A DNA stretch of 64,000 nucleotides from Azolla caroliniana (Eukaryota; Plantae; Polypodiophyta). The notes under the pieces were generated by a model. It saw only the letters and a program-made list of their open reading frames with translations, was not told where the DNA came from and made no database searches. The stretch covers positions 22,816,001-22,880,000 of the forward strand of contig JBHGNT010000006.1 in NCBI GenBank assembly GCA_043228905.1, in the 5' to 3' direction. Each line of letters begins with the position of its first letter. Position 1 is the first letter of the stretch. Below, one piece after another: positions 1 to 12,272 of this stretch. A program made the position numbers and the translations under genes.

Positions 1-313
1 TGTCCAAGGGATTCATCACCGGTCATTGACACATCAATCTAGTATTCTCGTTTCATTCCATCTTGTCTCCTTCTTCATCTCTGTCTTCATGCGCTCATGT
101 CACTCACAACTTCTAGAGTTCCTAACCTCGTCACTTCTAGCTCCAAGTTTGTAGCCTGTCGCTTGTAGCCCTATCATCCATGCTCCGTCCCAATCCGTGC
201 TTGGTGTGTCCGTGACATCGAGCACTTTTGGGTTTCTATTTTTCTGGTTCAAATTGGTGGTGAAAGGCCTTTGCTTGCATAGGAAGCGCATGTGCTCTTG
301 ACCAAAGACTCAC

Positions 314-314
<1 letters not shown>

Positions 315-393
<79 letters not shown>
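315..393. repeat. (TG)~39 microsatellite
   Basis: Uninterrupted TG dinucleotide run; it explains the spurious VCVC/THTH ORFs. Confidence 0.98.
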
Positions 394-396
<3 letters not shown>

Positions 397-1580
397 AACC
401 CAAGCTCGAAGCTCTTTTTCCGGCCTAAGGCCATTTTTGTATTCTTCACTGTTTTAATCGACTATTTGGCAGTGTTGTATTCGGGTGCTCTTTCAGTGTC
501 GTGCTTGCTTGTCTTTCTCTGAGTCATGCCATTATTCCTATCTTGTTTGTGGTGTTCGGGGAGAAATCGTTCTTCCCTTCTTTGTTCTACGCATTCCTGC
601 TCGTTCATGCAAGCCCGTGTGCTCAACATCCGAAATCCGGTAGGAGTGCCAAGCGAATACGGTCTTGTAAGCCCGTGCGCTTAGCATCCGGCCTTCGACA
701 GTCAGGCTGGATAGGCCACTTCATGCTTGGTAGCTGCTCGTTCTTAGGCTCCTTGGTTTGAGACCCCCCCATGGTCCCGCTTGAGCCGACCCGCAAGCTG
801 CAGATTTCCGCGACAACGCATTCCAAGTATTTATTTTAAAAAGGTTAGAATACTTGTAAAATACTTAGCATATATATTCTATGAGTATTGTATGCTAACT
901 ATTCTATAACAATGATGTACATAGTATATTCTTTATATTTAAGGTAAAATGGGTATTGTAAGTTTTTAAAGAAAGAAGATAGATTGTGGTCCCTGTTGCC
1001 AAATGGCTAGGTAAACGAGGAGTCTTGATAGCTTGGTCACTCTGTTTTGCAACTATTGAGACTTTGAGACACCGTCAAAGGGTCTGAGACAAGGGTGACT
1101 TGCCTCCTAGTTGCCTCAGAAGTGGAGGGGACATCATTGTGGAGTGCATCAAGGTTGGTAAATTATGTTTTTGGGCTTTTTTGTTGCCGGTTGTATCCAA
1201 TGGGCACGACATTGGTGTCGTTCTATGTTAAGGGTTCAAATTTTACGTGTTCATGCAACTTTTCATTCAAAGGTCAGAATCAAGATATGGAGTTTTTGTT
1301 GCGACCCTTGAGGTGAGATCTTTGTGTTGGTGTGTGATTTTTTTCCATGATAATTCAGAATTCTTCGAATTTTGAGTCGAAAAGTCTGGCACTTGTTTGG
1401 TTGCAAATAACACCAAATAATAGATTTACAAGTAAAAGCAAGCTATCATGTACTAACAAAGTAATATTTTTTGCCAAAAAAAAATACAGCCTTTTCTATC
1501 GTTAGTATTAGAAATAAGAAGGATGACAACATGGTAATGGAAATAGTATTATTGTTACTCCCCTCTGGAGAACACACTAT

Positions 1581-3110
1581 TGTTGTTATTCCCAAGGAAC
1601 CGAATCAAGGTATTGTGGTAGGAAGGAGGGTTAGGATTCAGGATGTTCCACCGACACTGTACTGGGTCAGATTGGGGACGTGGGGTAACTTTATGCTGGG
1701 GTTACTTGGGTATCTCACACTAGAGGTGGCACTAATCGTCTGCTTCGGATGACACTCAGTAATACAGAACGATTGCTTCGGGGTCTGAAAGGGCACCAAT
1801 GTATGGGTTTCTACCGAATTGGCTACCAACAATGCATGCACATGATTTCATAGTAACAATACACTAGAGACTTAGATATCAAAACACAAGGTTTCCCCAC
1901 AACCACAGAATTATAATAAAGATACAGAAATATTAGAAGGAGAAACTGATGGACTATCGGTTCTGAATCTTGGTTCTCTCTCTCAGAATATGCACACCCC
2001 TCTGTACCACCCCCTTCACTCCTCTTGATCACACCCTTATATAAGACTCCATGCTTCCTATTTATGGGAAGCAGGGTCGGTTACACATTATTAATTATTT
2101 TGGTGTTATCGTTCCGCCCTACTCGATTCTCGACGGACTTCACTTGTTTGTGTTTTTCTCCGATTTGGTTTTGACCTATGAGCCTTGGACTTTTGTCCCT
2201 TTTCACACCTTTGGCCGTCCTACCCAGACAACACATGGTACACCTTTGGGACAGTGCCTTGCACATCGAAGCAACATTGTCAAAAAAAGAATCGAATCAC
2301 CAAAAACATTGATTACTTACTCTTCAAAAATATGCAAGATGCTCTTCCTTTAAGCTGAGTCATCTACATTGGTGTCTAGCATGGCTAGTTGTTTGCGGTT
2401 TACCACTTGTTGTGCTTCAGCAAGTTGTCCTTCTATTGTGGCCAGTTGTTGACTTGCTTCAGTCGGCTCTTGTTTGGTCGTCGGCTCCGGCTCCACCCAT
2501 TGTTGGCTCCATTCTTTTGTTGGTTCCTTGTCGGGTTTGGGCCTGTGCTTCGTCTCGACTTCATTCTCATCTCGGCTGTCAGCTTGCTCTGCCTCGACTT
2601 TGAGGGTGCTTTGTGCGCCACTTCTGTCTGATGTTCTTTCCTTGCTTCGCCGGTTTCTTCCTCTCCTGCTCCTCGGCTTGGATTCTTTCCTATTTGGATT
2701 CTTTGGGCTACCACCAACAATAGCTTCTTACTGGCCTGCAGAGCCAAGATACCTGTTCGGAGGGCCTCACCTGTCAAGAAGCCCCAATTGATTGTGTTCT
2801 CCTCCTACATTGTTATGATGAAACCTACCTTCTTCTTTGGCATTCTGTACGTGGTGGGGTGGATGCAGGTGACCTCCAGCAAGAACTTTGTGAGTTCATA
2901 GAAAAACTTGTCTGGTACTACCTATGTCCTGTAGGCTTTGGTTGAGGAGTACTCCATTGTGGGGGTGGAACCTCCATTTCATGGCCACCTTCATGCTTCA
3001 AGCAGACCGCTGTTCGGACCTGTTCATTGGTGAGGCGGTCAACACGGATCTTCATGCCTACCTCATATGCCTCTAGGTGAAGGGGCACATTAGTGACTTT
3101 GATATAACCC
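1581..3110 (-). mobile_element. 3' remnant of an Athila/Tat-like Ty3/gypsy element: decayed extra ORF (about 3110-2433) plus 3' LTR (2233-1581)
   Basis: Minus-strand translation GYIKVTNVP...EGGHEMEVPP...INWGFLTGEALRTGILALQASKKLL aligns by eye with GYLKIIDAP...GGDHEVDIPP...IDWGIITSEGLRAALASFQSGKKML of the extra ORF at 42040-43979. LTR termini are TGTTGT...ACAACA, with a TATA (TTATATAA) near 2040. Confidence 0.7.
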
Positions 3111-3430
3111 CTAGGTCATGCCTTTTAAGCTAGATGCGCAGATCAGAGGACATTTCGATCGGCATGGTCGATTCTTCTTCTTCGCTGGAGAGTTTTTGGG
3201 GTGAAAGTCTGTCAATGTGTGCATTATGAGCTTTCTACTTTTGTGCTTTGTCTTCTCGTCTTCGCGGGAAATGAATTTGTTTCTATATAGAAACAACTTT
3301 TGTAATAGTTTGATTCCCGAGGAGCGATTCTGTGCCCTAGATTCATAATTCTTTTCGCCATTATGCTTTGTTAATGCCACGCGTTGGGAAAGAACTGTAC
3401 TTGCTTTCTTGAGTTTTATGCATGCGAATT

Positions 3431-5060
3431 TGTTGGGTGAGAACCTCAACTTGGGCTGATTGGCTAAATAAGCTGAGAACTAGATCGGATAGAAACCGAT
3501 TGGTTAGGCTCAGATCAGATGGAGACCGATCAGCTAGGCCTGATCGACGGGGAGCCGGTAGGCCGTTAGGATCTATATTCCTCGTAGGAATATATTAGGT
3601 GTCAATGTTAGTAGCTAATGTATGAGCATTGAAGTACTAGTCAATACTTCTGTTAGTACTTTTGAGGACTTGTATTAACAGTGCTGACTAAGCACATTTT
3701 ATGTACAGAGAATATTTGCTAATAGTTTTTCCATTGTCACTCTATCTCTTTCTCTCTCTCACTGTATATTTCAATTGTTTGTGTTTAAACCTAGCTATTG
3801 TATTTCTAGATAATTGCCTATATATTTTGTGCTTTGTCTAACGCTTCTGCACATCATCTTTTACATGGTATTAGAGTGCGAGGGTTAGAAGAATCCCCTC
3901 TTGTTGACAAAGCGATTCAACACAGACACGTAGAGTTTTCTTCCAAAAAACAAGAACTTGGACAGAAGTATGGAAAGCTCACTTCTAATAGAAAAGATTG
4001 ATAGGACCAACTACCCATCTTGGGTGTAAAAGATGCACCAATACTTGCTTGGTCACAGATACTAGAGTTACGTCGAAGGAGCAAATGATACAACACCGGA
4101 TGCAACACGAAGGGATTTTCCGGCCTGGAAACAGGCAGCAAACAAAGTATTGTACTGCTTCGCCTCAAGTGTTGGAGATTAGCTACACAACTACATCCGG
4201 GATGCCAAGACGCCAAAAGATGTGTGGGCAAATCTAAAACGGATTTTCACCGCCAACACAATAGCCAAAAAGCCGCAACTTAGGCAATAGCTTAGCAATG
4301 TCTCACAGAAAGATTTGTTTGTGGCTGACTACACAGCCTGGATCAAGGAGATCTACAACTATCTCGCCTCCATCAACGTGAGCATTGAGGAGGACAAAAT
4401 TCTGTGGGTTTGTCTCACAGGGTTAACGTCCAAGTTCAGATCATTCCGAATGGCGATCTGCACGAGAGAGAATACACCGTACTTCTTCAAGTTGTAGTCG
4501 ATGCTTCTCGTTGAAGAAAATCACATGGGTGCGTCGACGAGTATGCACGCTAACAACAAGATGTTGTACACGGAGGCAGATCGGCCCCGTGGTCATGGTG
4601 GAGGAGGTGAGTCGGCACGCAATAGAGGTAGCCGACATGAGCAGAACCTGAGGCATAATAAAAATGCCGACAACAGTTCCAGACCCCCCACAAGTAGGGG
4701 GGTCAAGGCGGTGCCCGAAGCCGACAAGGAAAGTCCGCGACGGACTACTCGTACTGTCAACAAGGAAAGTCTGGAAGGGCCACAGAAAAAGCGCACCGAT
4801 TCGGACAGAACCGGGGGTGATGCAAATAGACATAAAAGATCGCACTACGTCCAAGGCTCTGCGAAAACCTTGATGGGCTTAGCCTTCATGATGAAGCATA
4901 AAGCCAACTCGATGGTGACGAGCACCTTGAAATCAAAGGAGGTGTGGTATGTGGACTCCGGTGCATTGAACCACACGAGAAACCATGAAGAATGGTTCTT
5001 CTATCTCGAGAAGCCAGAGCAACTGGGGGTCGTCGAAACTGACAACGATAGTCCTCACCC
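3431..5060 (+). mobile_element. Ty1/copia 5' fragment: LTR 3431-3865, PBS tRNA-iMet 3866-3877, decayed gag and protease start
   Basis: TG...CA LTR followed by TGGTATTAGAG; protease motif WYVDSGALNH; same family as 29067-37640; truncated at about 5060. Confidence 0.9.
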
Positions 5061-5793
5061 TACGTATGTTGTCGTTTTCATGTGCCTTACCTTCCAAGTT
5101 GCGGCATCGATCTTGTCCAGTCTTTTTTCCCCAATCTGTGCTGGCAACCAGAGATCTTTGACCACCAACATGTTCCTCATCTTCGACTTCCACAATGGGT
5201 AGTTGTAGCCGGTGAGCTTGAACATCCCGCCGAAAGGATTTTCAATGCTCTGATACCAAATTGTGCAGAATCACGCTCGGCCACAACAGAGTCTCAAACT
5301 CAAGATGGAAAAAATAAACAAAAAATAGCAATGCACTTACTCAGACAATAGAGATGACACCGAATGTTTATGTGGAAAACCCTAATCAAGAAAAACCACG
5401 GGAGCCCACAGACTCCAACTACCACTATGAGAGGAAGGCTACAATGAGAGACTCGGAGGCAACGACCTCAAGCTCTAAGTCTTCGTCAACCGGCGGTTCC
5501 AAACAAAGAATGCTTTCTGTTTTTCTCACGCTCTCTAACCCTGTCTCTCTGTATATATCTCTGTACAACAATCACAACATCTATTTATACTCATATAGTT
5601 GATGGGTTATTTACAAATATGACCCCAACGTACACGTCTGAACATATTTACTAATATGTTCCTATTTTCTGATTTATAGTGAGTTTAGACGGACTCCTTC
5701 CGGATCCATCCGGTCTGGTTCCTTCCTTCGTCCTATCTTTTGGCTCGTCCGGTTCTCATTCGGATCCCATCCGGAGGGGCTTGTTTCCCAATA
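5061..5793 (-). mobile_element. Tork/Tnt1-like copia 5' fragment: LTR 5793-5262, PBS 5258-5247, gag start
   Basis: Exact TGGTATCAGAGC on the minus strand next to the LTR end; gag N-terminus LTGYNYPLWKSKMRNMLVVKDLW; U5 resembles the LTR at 48045-48605. Confidence 0.85.
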
Positions 5794-5989
5794 GATGTAT
5801 GGTTTTCAACCATGAGCCCTGATTGATGTTAATATACATGATGATGAGTTGCAAAGTATGCAAAACTTTCTTCGGGATATGCAAGATATGTTGCATATTG
5901 CACGAGATAATAACACTAGGTCATTTGAAATAGGTAATACATTGCAATTTAAGAACAGTCTATCCAAAAAAGACACAAAGTAGGTCATT

Positions 5990-8372
5990 TCACAAAGTAG
6001 GCCTCCGACATCCTTAACCATCTCTAAAGAGTACTTCCTAGTAAATGCATCTTTGGAAGAGGTATGATACTAATGAACCACAATGGATTGAACTTGATTG
6101 CCTTCATCATCCTTAATAATTTCAATGATTTTAGCAATCCAAAAGGGATGGCCCAACTTATCAACCCCAGCTAATGTTGCAACAAGCATACCAACTTGCA
6201 ACTCATGTAGATTGCCTTGCCATCTCACCTCAGCAACATGCGATAATCTTGGTCCCACGTAAATATCTCTTTTGTCGTGGATGAACTAGATTATTTAATT
6301 CAAGATTATCTAGTAGTTGTAAAAGAGTTGTGCTCTCCATTGATGGGCGACCAATATTCCATTCGAATTGGTTTTGTAGTGGTCATACTCCTGCAAAGTA
6401 GTTATCTAATATAATATGTTGATGATTAAAGAAGTTATCCCACCATTAGACATCCTGATCACCAACATACTTTTTGGTTCTCTCAATATTTTTGTGTTTT
6501 CCTGAAGGCACCGCGTCCAACATATCTTTTGCTCTTCAATTGAACTATTAGTAGCCAATCTTTTGTGGTCATCATAGATTACTGACTTTGGGAAATGCAA
6601 TAAGAGCCTACATTTGTCTTGTGGCTCCCATTGCGAACTAGATGAGTATTGTTTGGCATACAACATCGTCTGGTTGTGACAAACCCCACTTTTGTGGATG
6701 AGGAAGACGTGGTTAAAACTTATATTATTAAGCATAGTAAGAAACCTACATTGAGTCCCATCATCATTCACACTGAATCGTTTAAAATCATAAACTTCAT
6801 CTAAATGTTGTACATCTAGCTTTGGGGTATAAGCTTTAGTGATAAACTTTGACAACATATCAAGTGTGAAATCATCACATCTCGCTAATTTCTTGGAGAA
6901 CCGACTAAACATTTGATCTATGTGATAATGTGTGTGACCAACTAGTAAGAAGTTGACCTTAATCTTTTTGAAAATACCCGTGTCTACTAACATGCTTAAA
7001 TAACCAAATACAATCGAGTTCTTGTTTTCTCTGGGTCGTGTTGTCTAGTTGCACGTATAGTATTGGCGGGAGTAAACCTTACCCAGTCTGCAAAACTCTT
7101 TGCATCACTGTTACTGTAAGATTAGGGTCATTGTGGATATTTGGATAAGTTAGAAACACTTGAGGCCTTATTGTCTGACAATATAGAAGACAACATACTA
7201 AGTGCATCTGCACTAGGCATTCATCTCCAATATCCTTGGGCAACCTTCGAAAGTGTGGCAAACGAGTTTTCTTCTGATCCATCCCATCTATAATCAAGCA
7301 CATATACCTTTCCAGTGATTGAAGTGTTTTTTGACAATGGTGCATAGCTTTAGATCTTTCCAATGCTTGACTTTCTTGATGTTCTTTTAATAAATTCTTA
7401 TAATTGTTTATTTCTTCATCTGTTGTCCCACTCTTTGCCATGCTTTTTAAGCTTGCACATATAGAGCAAACACCCATTTGGACCTTGTGGGGTATGATCA
7501 CATTGTTAAACTTCAATCTCCATATTTGATTAAAATGCTGATATTGTATGTAAGCTACACTTTCTAATAACATGCCATCCTTATACGCTTGGTACACCTC
7601 ACGGCGAGTGAAGTTATCTGACAAATGTAATCTTCCAGTGGTGGGCATACCATCACATTGCTTCGAGAAATACATCTCATCCATCTCATGACATCTCGCC
7701 CAATCAGACCCTTACATGCAGATTCTATATTGTTGAAAGGTACCCACGAGCCCTTATCTATCGATCTTGAATTCTCTGGAGCCTCATGTTACCAATGCTA
7801 TAAGCAATCTTAAAAGCTACTCAACAACTCTTCTTACTAAGTGAAATGTAATATTTCACATGCAGAGAACTTGAAACTGCCGCGTGGACCTTAACAAGTT
7901 GCATATGTGAAATCAAGAAAGTATCTTGTTCATCGCCATTAAGTGACAAATACTTCTGTCGCAAACACCTCAAGTTTGCCTTTCCAAAATTTGAAAGACA
8001 AAGATTGCCACAACATGGCTTGCATATATCAAATGCAATTTCGCTATTCAAACACAAAAAATTATATCTTTTAACACTCACTTGTCGAGGAACTCTTTGA
8101 AAATTCAAAGGCTTATTGACACAATCCTTGTCAACATTACATAAACTTGAACCCTCATGATTTGTAGCTACTCTATTATTTCGTAGTCTACCTAAGTCAA
8201 AAGGCTCGATTGAAAAAAGTGAATTCGAACTTTGCCAAACATCATCGTTGGACTCTACATGGCATTGTTTATTATTAATATGGTTATATTCATTGATAGA
8301 GAATAACGAGTTACCAAATAATTTAAAAGGCTCAAAGGAGAATAGAGAACTTTTACTTGAGGTTGAGGACAT
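5990..8372 (-). pseudogene. Sola1-like DDD transposase, with stops and frameshifts
   Basis: Joined ORFs 8372-7821, 7684-7079, 6993-6406 and 6258-6070 give PCCxxxCL, CSIC, IIDGMDQ, LYVQLDNT.ENKN (in the gap at about 7065-7020) and FLLVGHTHxxIDQMFS. These match the motif series of Sola1-type transposases. Confidence 0.8.
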
Positions 8373-8567
8373 ATCGAGTAAAGATAACTAAGCTCAACTA
8401 AGTCGAGAATAATTTTTAAAAAAATAAAATCGTAAAAGAAATTATATAAAGGAAAGGCCACTTCTCATTGTTATTATCGCATTCAAGAAGCGAAGTAGCA
8501 CAGGAGCACAAAGCATCCCAACCTTTCGTTTTTGCCTCTCCAGTCAACTAGAGTCGACATCAACAAC

Positions 8568-11500
8568 ATGAACAAGGGAAAGAAAATTGCTAGGTATCTT
8601 CTTTTAATTGTTTTTGAAGATTCCATTTTATTTTTGTTCATTTTTTGCAATAGGAACTCAATGCATAGAGAATCTTCAAAAACAGTTAAAAGAAGATACC
8701 TAGCAATTTTCTTTGAATCTCCCGTTGAAAGCGAGAGACCTCGATGGGAACTTGATGCACTGCATCAAGTTCTCGTTGAAAGCAACACTCTTTCAATAGG
8801 AACTTGATGCACTACATCGAGTTCTCCCTCTTCCAACGAGAACTCAATGCAGTGCATCGAGTTCCCATTGAAAGAGGGTGGCTTTCAAAGGGAACTCGAT
8901 GCACTGCATCGAGTTCCCATTGAAGGAGGCAATATTTTTTTATTGATATACTAGAAATAGTAACTTTATTGCTATTTTATTAGCTATTTTAAGTGTTTTT
9001 TATACAAGGTTACATTTAAATTCGAGTGTTTTTCTACTAATTTTCATGAACTTTACCTTTGTTATAAGGTTTAGAGTGTTTATTTTTACGAATATTTTTA
9101 TATCATTGTGTTTTTACTTGTTTTTTTCAGTGAACCATGTCAGAAGGTACCATCTTTCAAATTGAAGATTCCCACCCCAACAAAGAAACCTGCCGACCAC
9201 ATGCATAAGCCAGAACCTCGGAAAACTTTGATTGAGCCGGGAGGTTATGGGACCTCTAAGACTGGGGAGCCTCGCCTGAAGAGCTACCCCCATGTGGAAT
9301 GGACGTTGATCTATTCCGAGGAAGAAGGGGATTTGCTTCTCATACTTGCCAAATCCGAAGGTGAAGGAAAGCTTCAAGTGGGAAAGACCTTCAACTATGG
9401 GCAAATAAAGAACGTTGAATATGAGGACAATGACTCATCGAACCTGCTTTTCAATGTTGATAGCTTTGTGGGGATGCAAAGAGTCCTGGGTGATGAAGGC
9501 AGATTTATAACGAAATCTTGCCACCCCAAAGCCATAAAGGAAGATGTAGAAACAAAAACCAATTTGATTATTGCTTTGCGTTCGTATATCAAAGGAGAAC
9601 TCATGGTTGCACAAGTATGCACCCCACCAAAGCCAGCCAAAAAAGGAAAAGCAGAACAGAAGAGGTACAAGAAACATCAACATCCTGAGGAGGACGAGCT
9701 CGAAGTACTCGAGTTCATTCAGGATGAGGAGGAAGATACACAAATCAAAGTAATTCCTCTAGGTGGCCAGATTTCCTCGGGGATCCTCACTTCAGAGCAA
9801 AATCGAATCAAAGAGAATATTGTAAAGCCTAATTTTGTCCGTAAGGGACAACTTTTTCACTTACCGATTTGTTTTATTCAAAGTCCACCAATTGATCCAG
9901 AAACAAGAAAACGGGCTCTAGAGATAAGAGAGCCACATTCAGTGCATTTGTAGAACTTGAAAAGAAAAATGAAGATAAATCCACATGCTACTATAGTGCC
10001 ATTCTCAGTAATGGTAGACCCAAATCAATGCCCAACTATAGGTGACTTCAAGTACAGTTCGACTGATGATTACACATACTATGTGATTGGAGGATCCCAC
10101 TCTACCGAAGCACGATGTCAACTTGTCAAGGAGTATCCTCTTACCCCGTTCTTCAAATATGCAGAATGTAAAGTGTACGTTGGCCTTACACATGAAGAAG
10201 CCAAGTTGCTAGCCTAGGACCACAATAATGGTAATGACTATAGACAGAAGATGTCATATTTAGAGCGCATCAGGTTCTTTAATCATGAGTACCTTGATGC
10301 CTTGCAAAAATTTGGTCCTAGGCTACATCCTGGATTGCCACTACAGTGTCTGCTTGAAGTGGGGAAAAAAGTTGATGAAAGCACAAAGTCTGAAGGCTTG
10401 AGGAAGTATGACTCCTGGTTTCAACTTGCTTTCAGAACAGGGGAAGTGTGGGACCTCCAAGATCAAATTTTTAGTATGTGGGAGCGAAAAGAAATAAAGG
10501 AGCAAAGATCAAAGATCAAAGAATGCTAAGTTGGACCCACAAGTGGAGATAAAATCTAAGTCACGGAAAAGTGACTTAGTGATTGAAGAATTAGCCAAGG
10601 ACATGAAGCTGCTTCCTTGGCGGTCATTGCAAGGGATAAAGGATGACAAATTATTAATATCTGTATTGTCAAGAGTGGCCGCCAAGGAGTTTAGCCTAGA
10701 TGAAATGGTGACAGAGTTTCAAAAGTGAGTAATCTATGTGATGATTGTTGTTCATTGGATTGCTTTGTTGATTTTCTCTTTATTCTAACCTTCGTTTCTT
10801 TTGTTTTTTGGCCATAAGTTTTATATGAAAATACAATAGCTGATGATGAAAAAGATGTCCCTGCCTACGCGGGAAGAAGTAGAGCAATCATGCCCAAAAA
10901 CATCATCATACAAGGCTCTTGAAGAATTCTTCATTGTGTTTAGAGAATGGGTATGTATGTTTTACGGATATTAATTGATTTTAGGATAATGGGTATCTTC
11001 TTACAATATGTATAATTGCAGAAACCACCTCGCTCAAAGAAAATAGGTGACAGCAATGAAGGCATACCAAGCGCCTTCATCACCCATTTGGAACGAGCGA
11101 AATATGAAAAGCAAATGACAAAAGAAAAGGAGTTGGAGGTGCCTGAAGACTCCGATACTGTGAAAAGTTTTTTGCACAAGAGTGATCCTTTTCGACAATT
11201 GTACTATAGTGGATATAATGGTAATATGCTTGACATATTACCCAAGAGACATTATACATTGCTCGTCGTCGATATACCGTATGGATTTTGAATAATAGAC
11301 TCCACATATGCCGATGTACCATAAAAATATCTGCAAATAGAGAAGATGGTAAAAGACTTTGTAGAGTTGACCCTGGCTCCATTATGGCACATCGTAATAT
11401 TTCATAGTATGGGACAAGCTTTATCGGTCAATATTGCATTGAAGTTGAGATGCCATGCCACCGAACACATGCATTGGCAAACTTAAAGTTGCTATATATT

Positions 11501-12272
11501 TAATTTATGGCATCACTTACGACATATATATTGACTTGTTTTGATTCCATTACAAATAGGGTTAAAACGAACATAACTCATACCCTGGGCCATTGAATAG
11601 TCAGCGTTGTGGAACATTTGTGTGTGGGGTACTAGGACACTATTTCTAAGAAGAAGGCTCGGGCACATGTGAATGAGCAGAACATCGTCAACTATATCAT
11701 GTGCCCAACTATAACGAAGAAATTGCGCCACGTGTCTAGCGACAAGTGTGTAGTGTCCAACGATTAGTTAATCGATTGGTCAAGTTGTTCTCGAACCCTG
11801 ATGATTGGGTGCTCAACTTATTCTCTAGAACAAGTATTCTCATAAGTGTGATCAATTTTTCTTAAAATAAAATAGAATTTCCCGTCTTGTTTTTCTTACT
11901 TTTGCATGTATGATTGTTTATTTAGGAACAACTACTGCATGCGATCTCAAATTGTTTAGGAACTGCGTTGCATTAGAGAAGAACCCCTCCCAAGTCACTT
12001 TTATTAAGATGAGGATCCAAGGTATATGGGATTGTCCCGATTAGGACCAAGAGGTTGGGGCAAAGCATATCAATGAAACTGAGATGTTTCAGCTTACCCC
12101 CAAAGAACCAATGGAACTTATAGACGACGAAAGAGGGGACCTTGTCGACCTCGAAGATGTACCGAAGTTTGATCAAAGCCAAGATTTAACTGAGCAGATG
12201 GAACATGTAGATGCAACACAACTGTCAGCTGATCTTGGACAGCAGCCTGTACCAGACCTCCTAATGGAGTGA
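8568..12272 (+). pseudogene. Spliced ParB/Srx-like domain fused to a beta-class N6-adenine/N4-cytosine DNA methyltransferase
   Basis: Putative exons 8568-8593, 9131-10724, about 10841-10950, 11022-about 11476, 11560-11833 and 11926-12272. ParB-like YYVIGGSHSTEAR...VYVGLTHEEAKLLA*DHN at about 10078-10225. Motif IV LLVVDIPY (DIPY 11271-11282) precedes motif X/I SNPDDWVLNLFSRT|GTTTACDLKLFRNCVALE, which is split by the intron 11834-11925. Several in-frame stops are present (e.g. 9951, 10215). Confidence 0.8.
8579..8916. repeat. About 45-bp inverted repeat (about 8579-8625 / 8668-8714) plus four copies of a 25-bp palindrome GAACTYRATGCA-S-TRCATCRAGTTC
   Basis: Palindrome copies at 8748-8772, 8800-8824, 8840-8864 and 8892-8916, read directly from the sequence. 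Confidence 0.92.

Noticed and set aside
1060-1320. Possible LINE RT trace (PSKGLRQG)
   Set aside because: A single short motif with no supporting frame.
8748-8916. CRISPR-like appearance of the palindrome array
   Set aside because: Spacers are short, unequal (15-27 bp) and partly self-similar; eukaryotic context with no cas genes.
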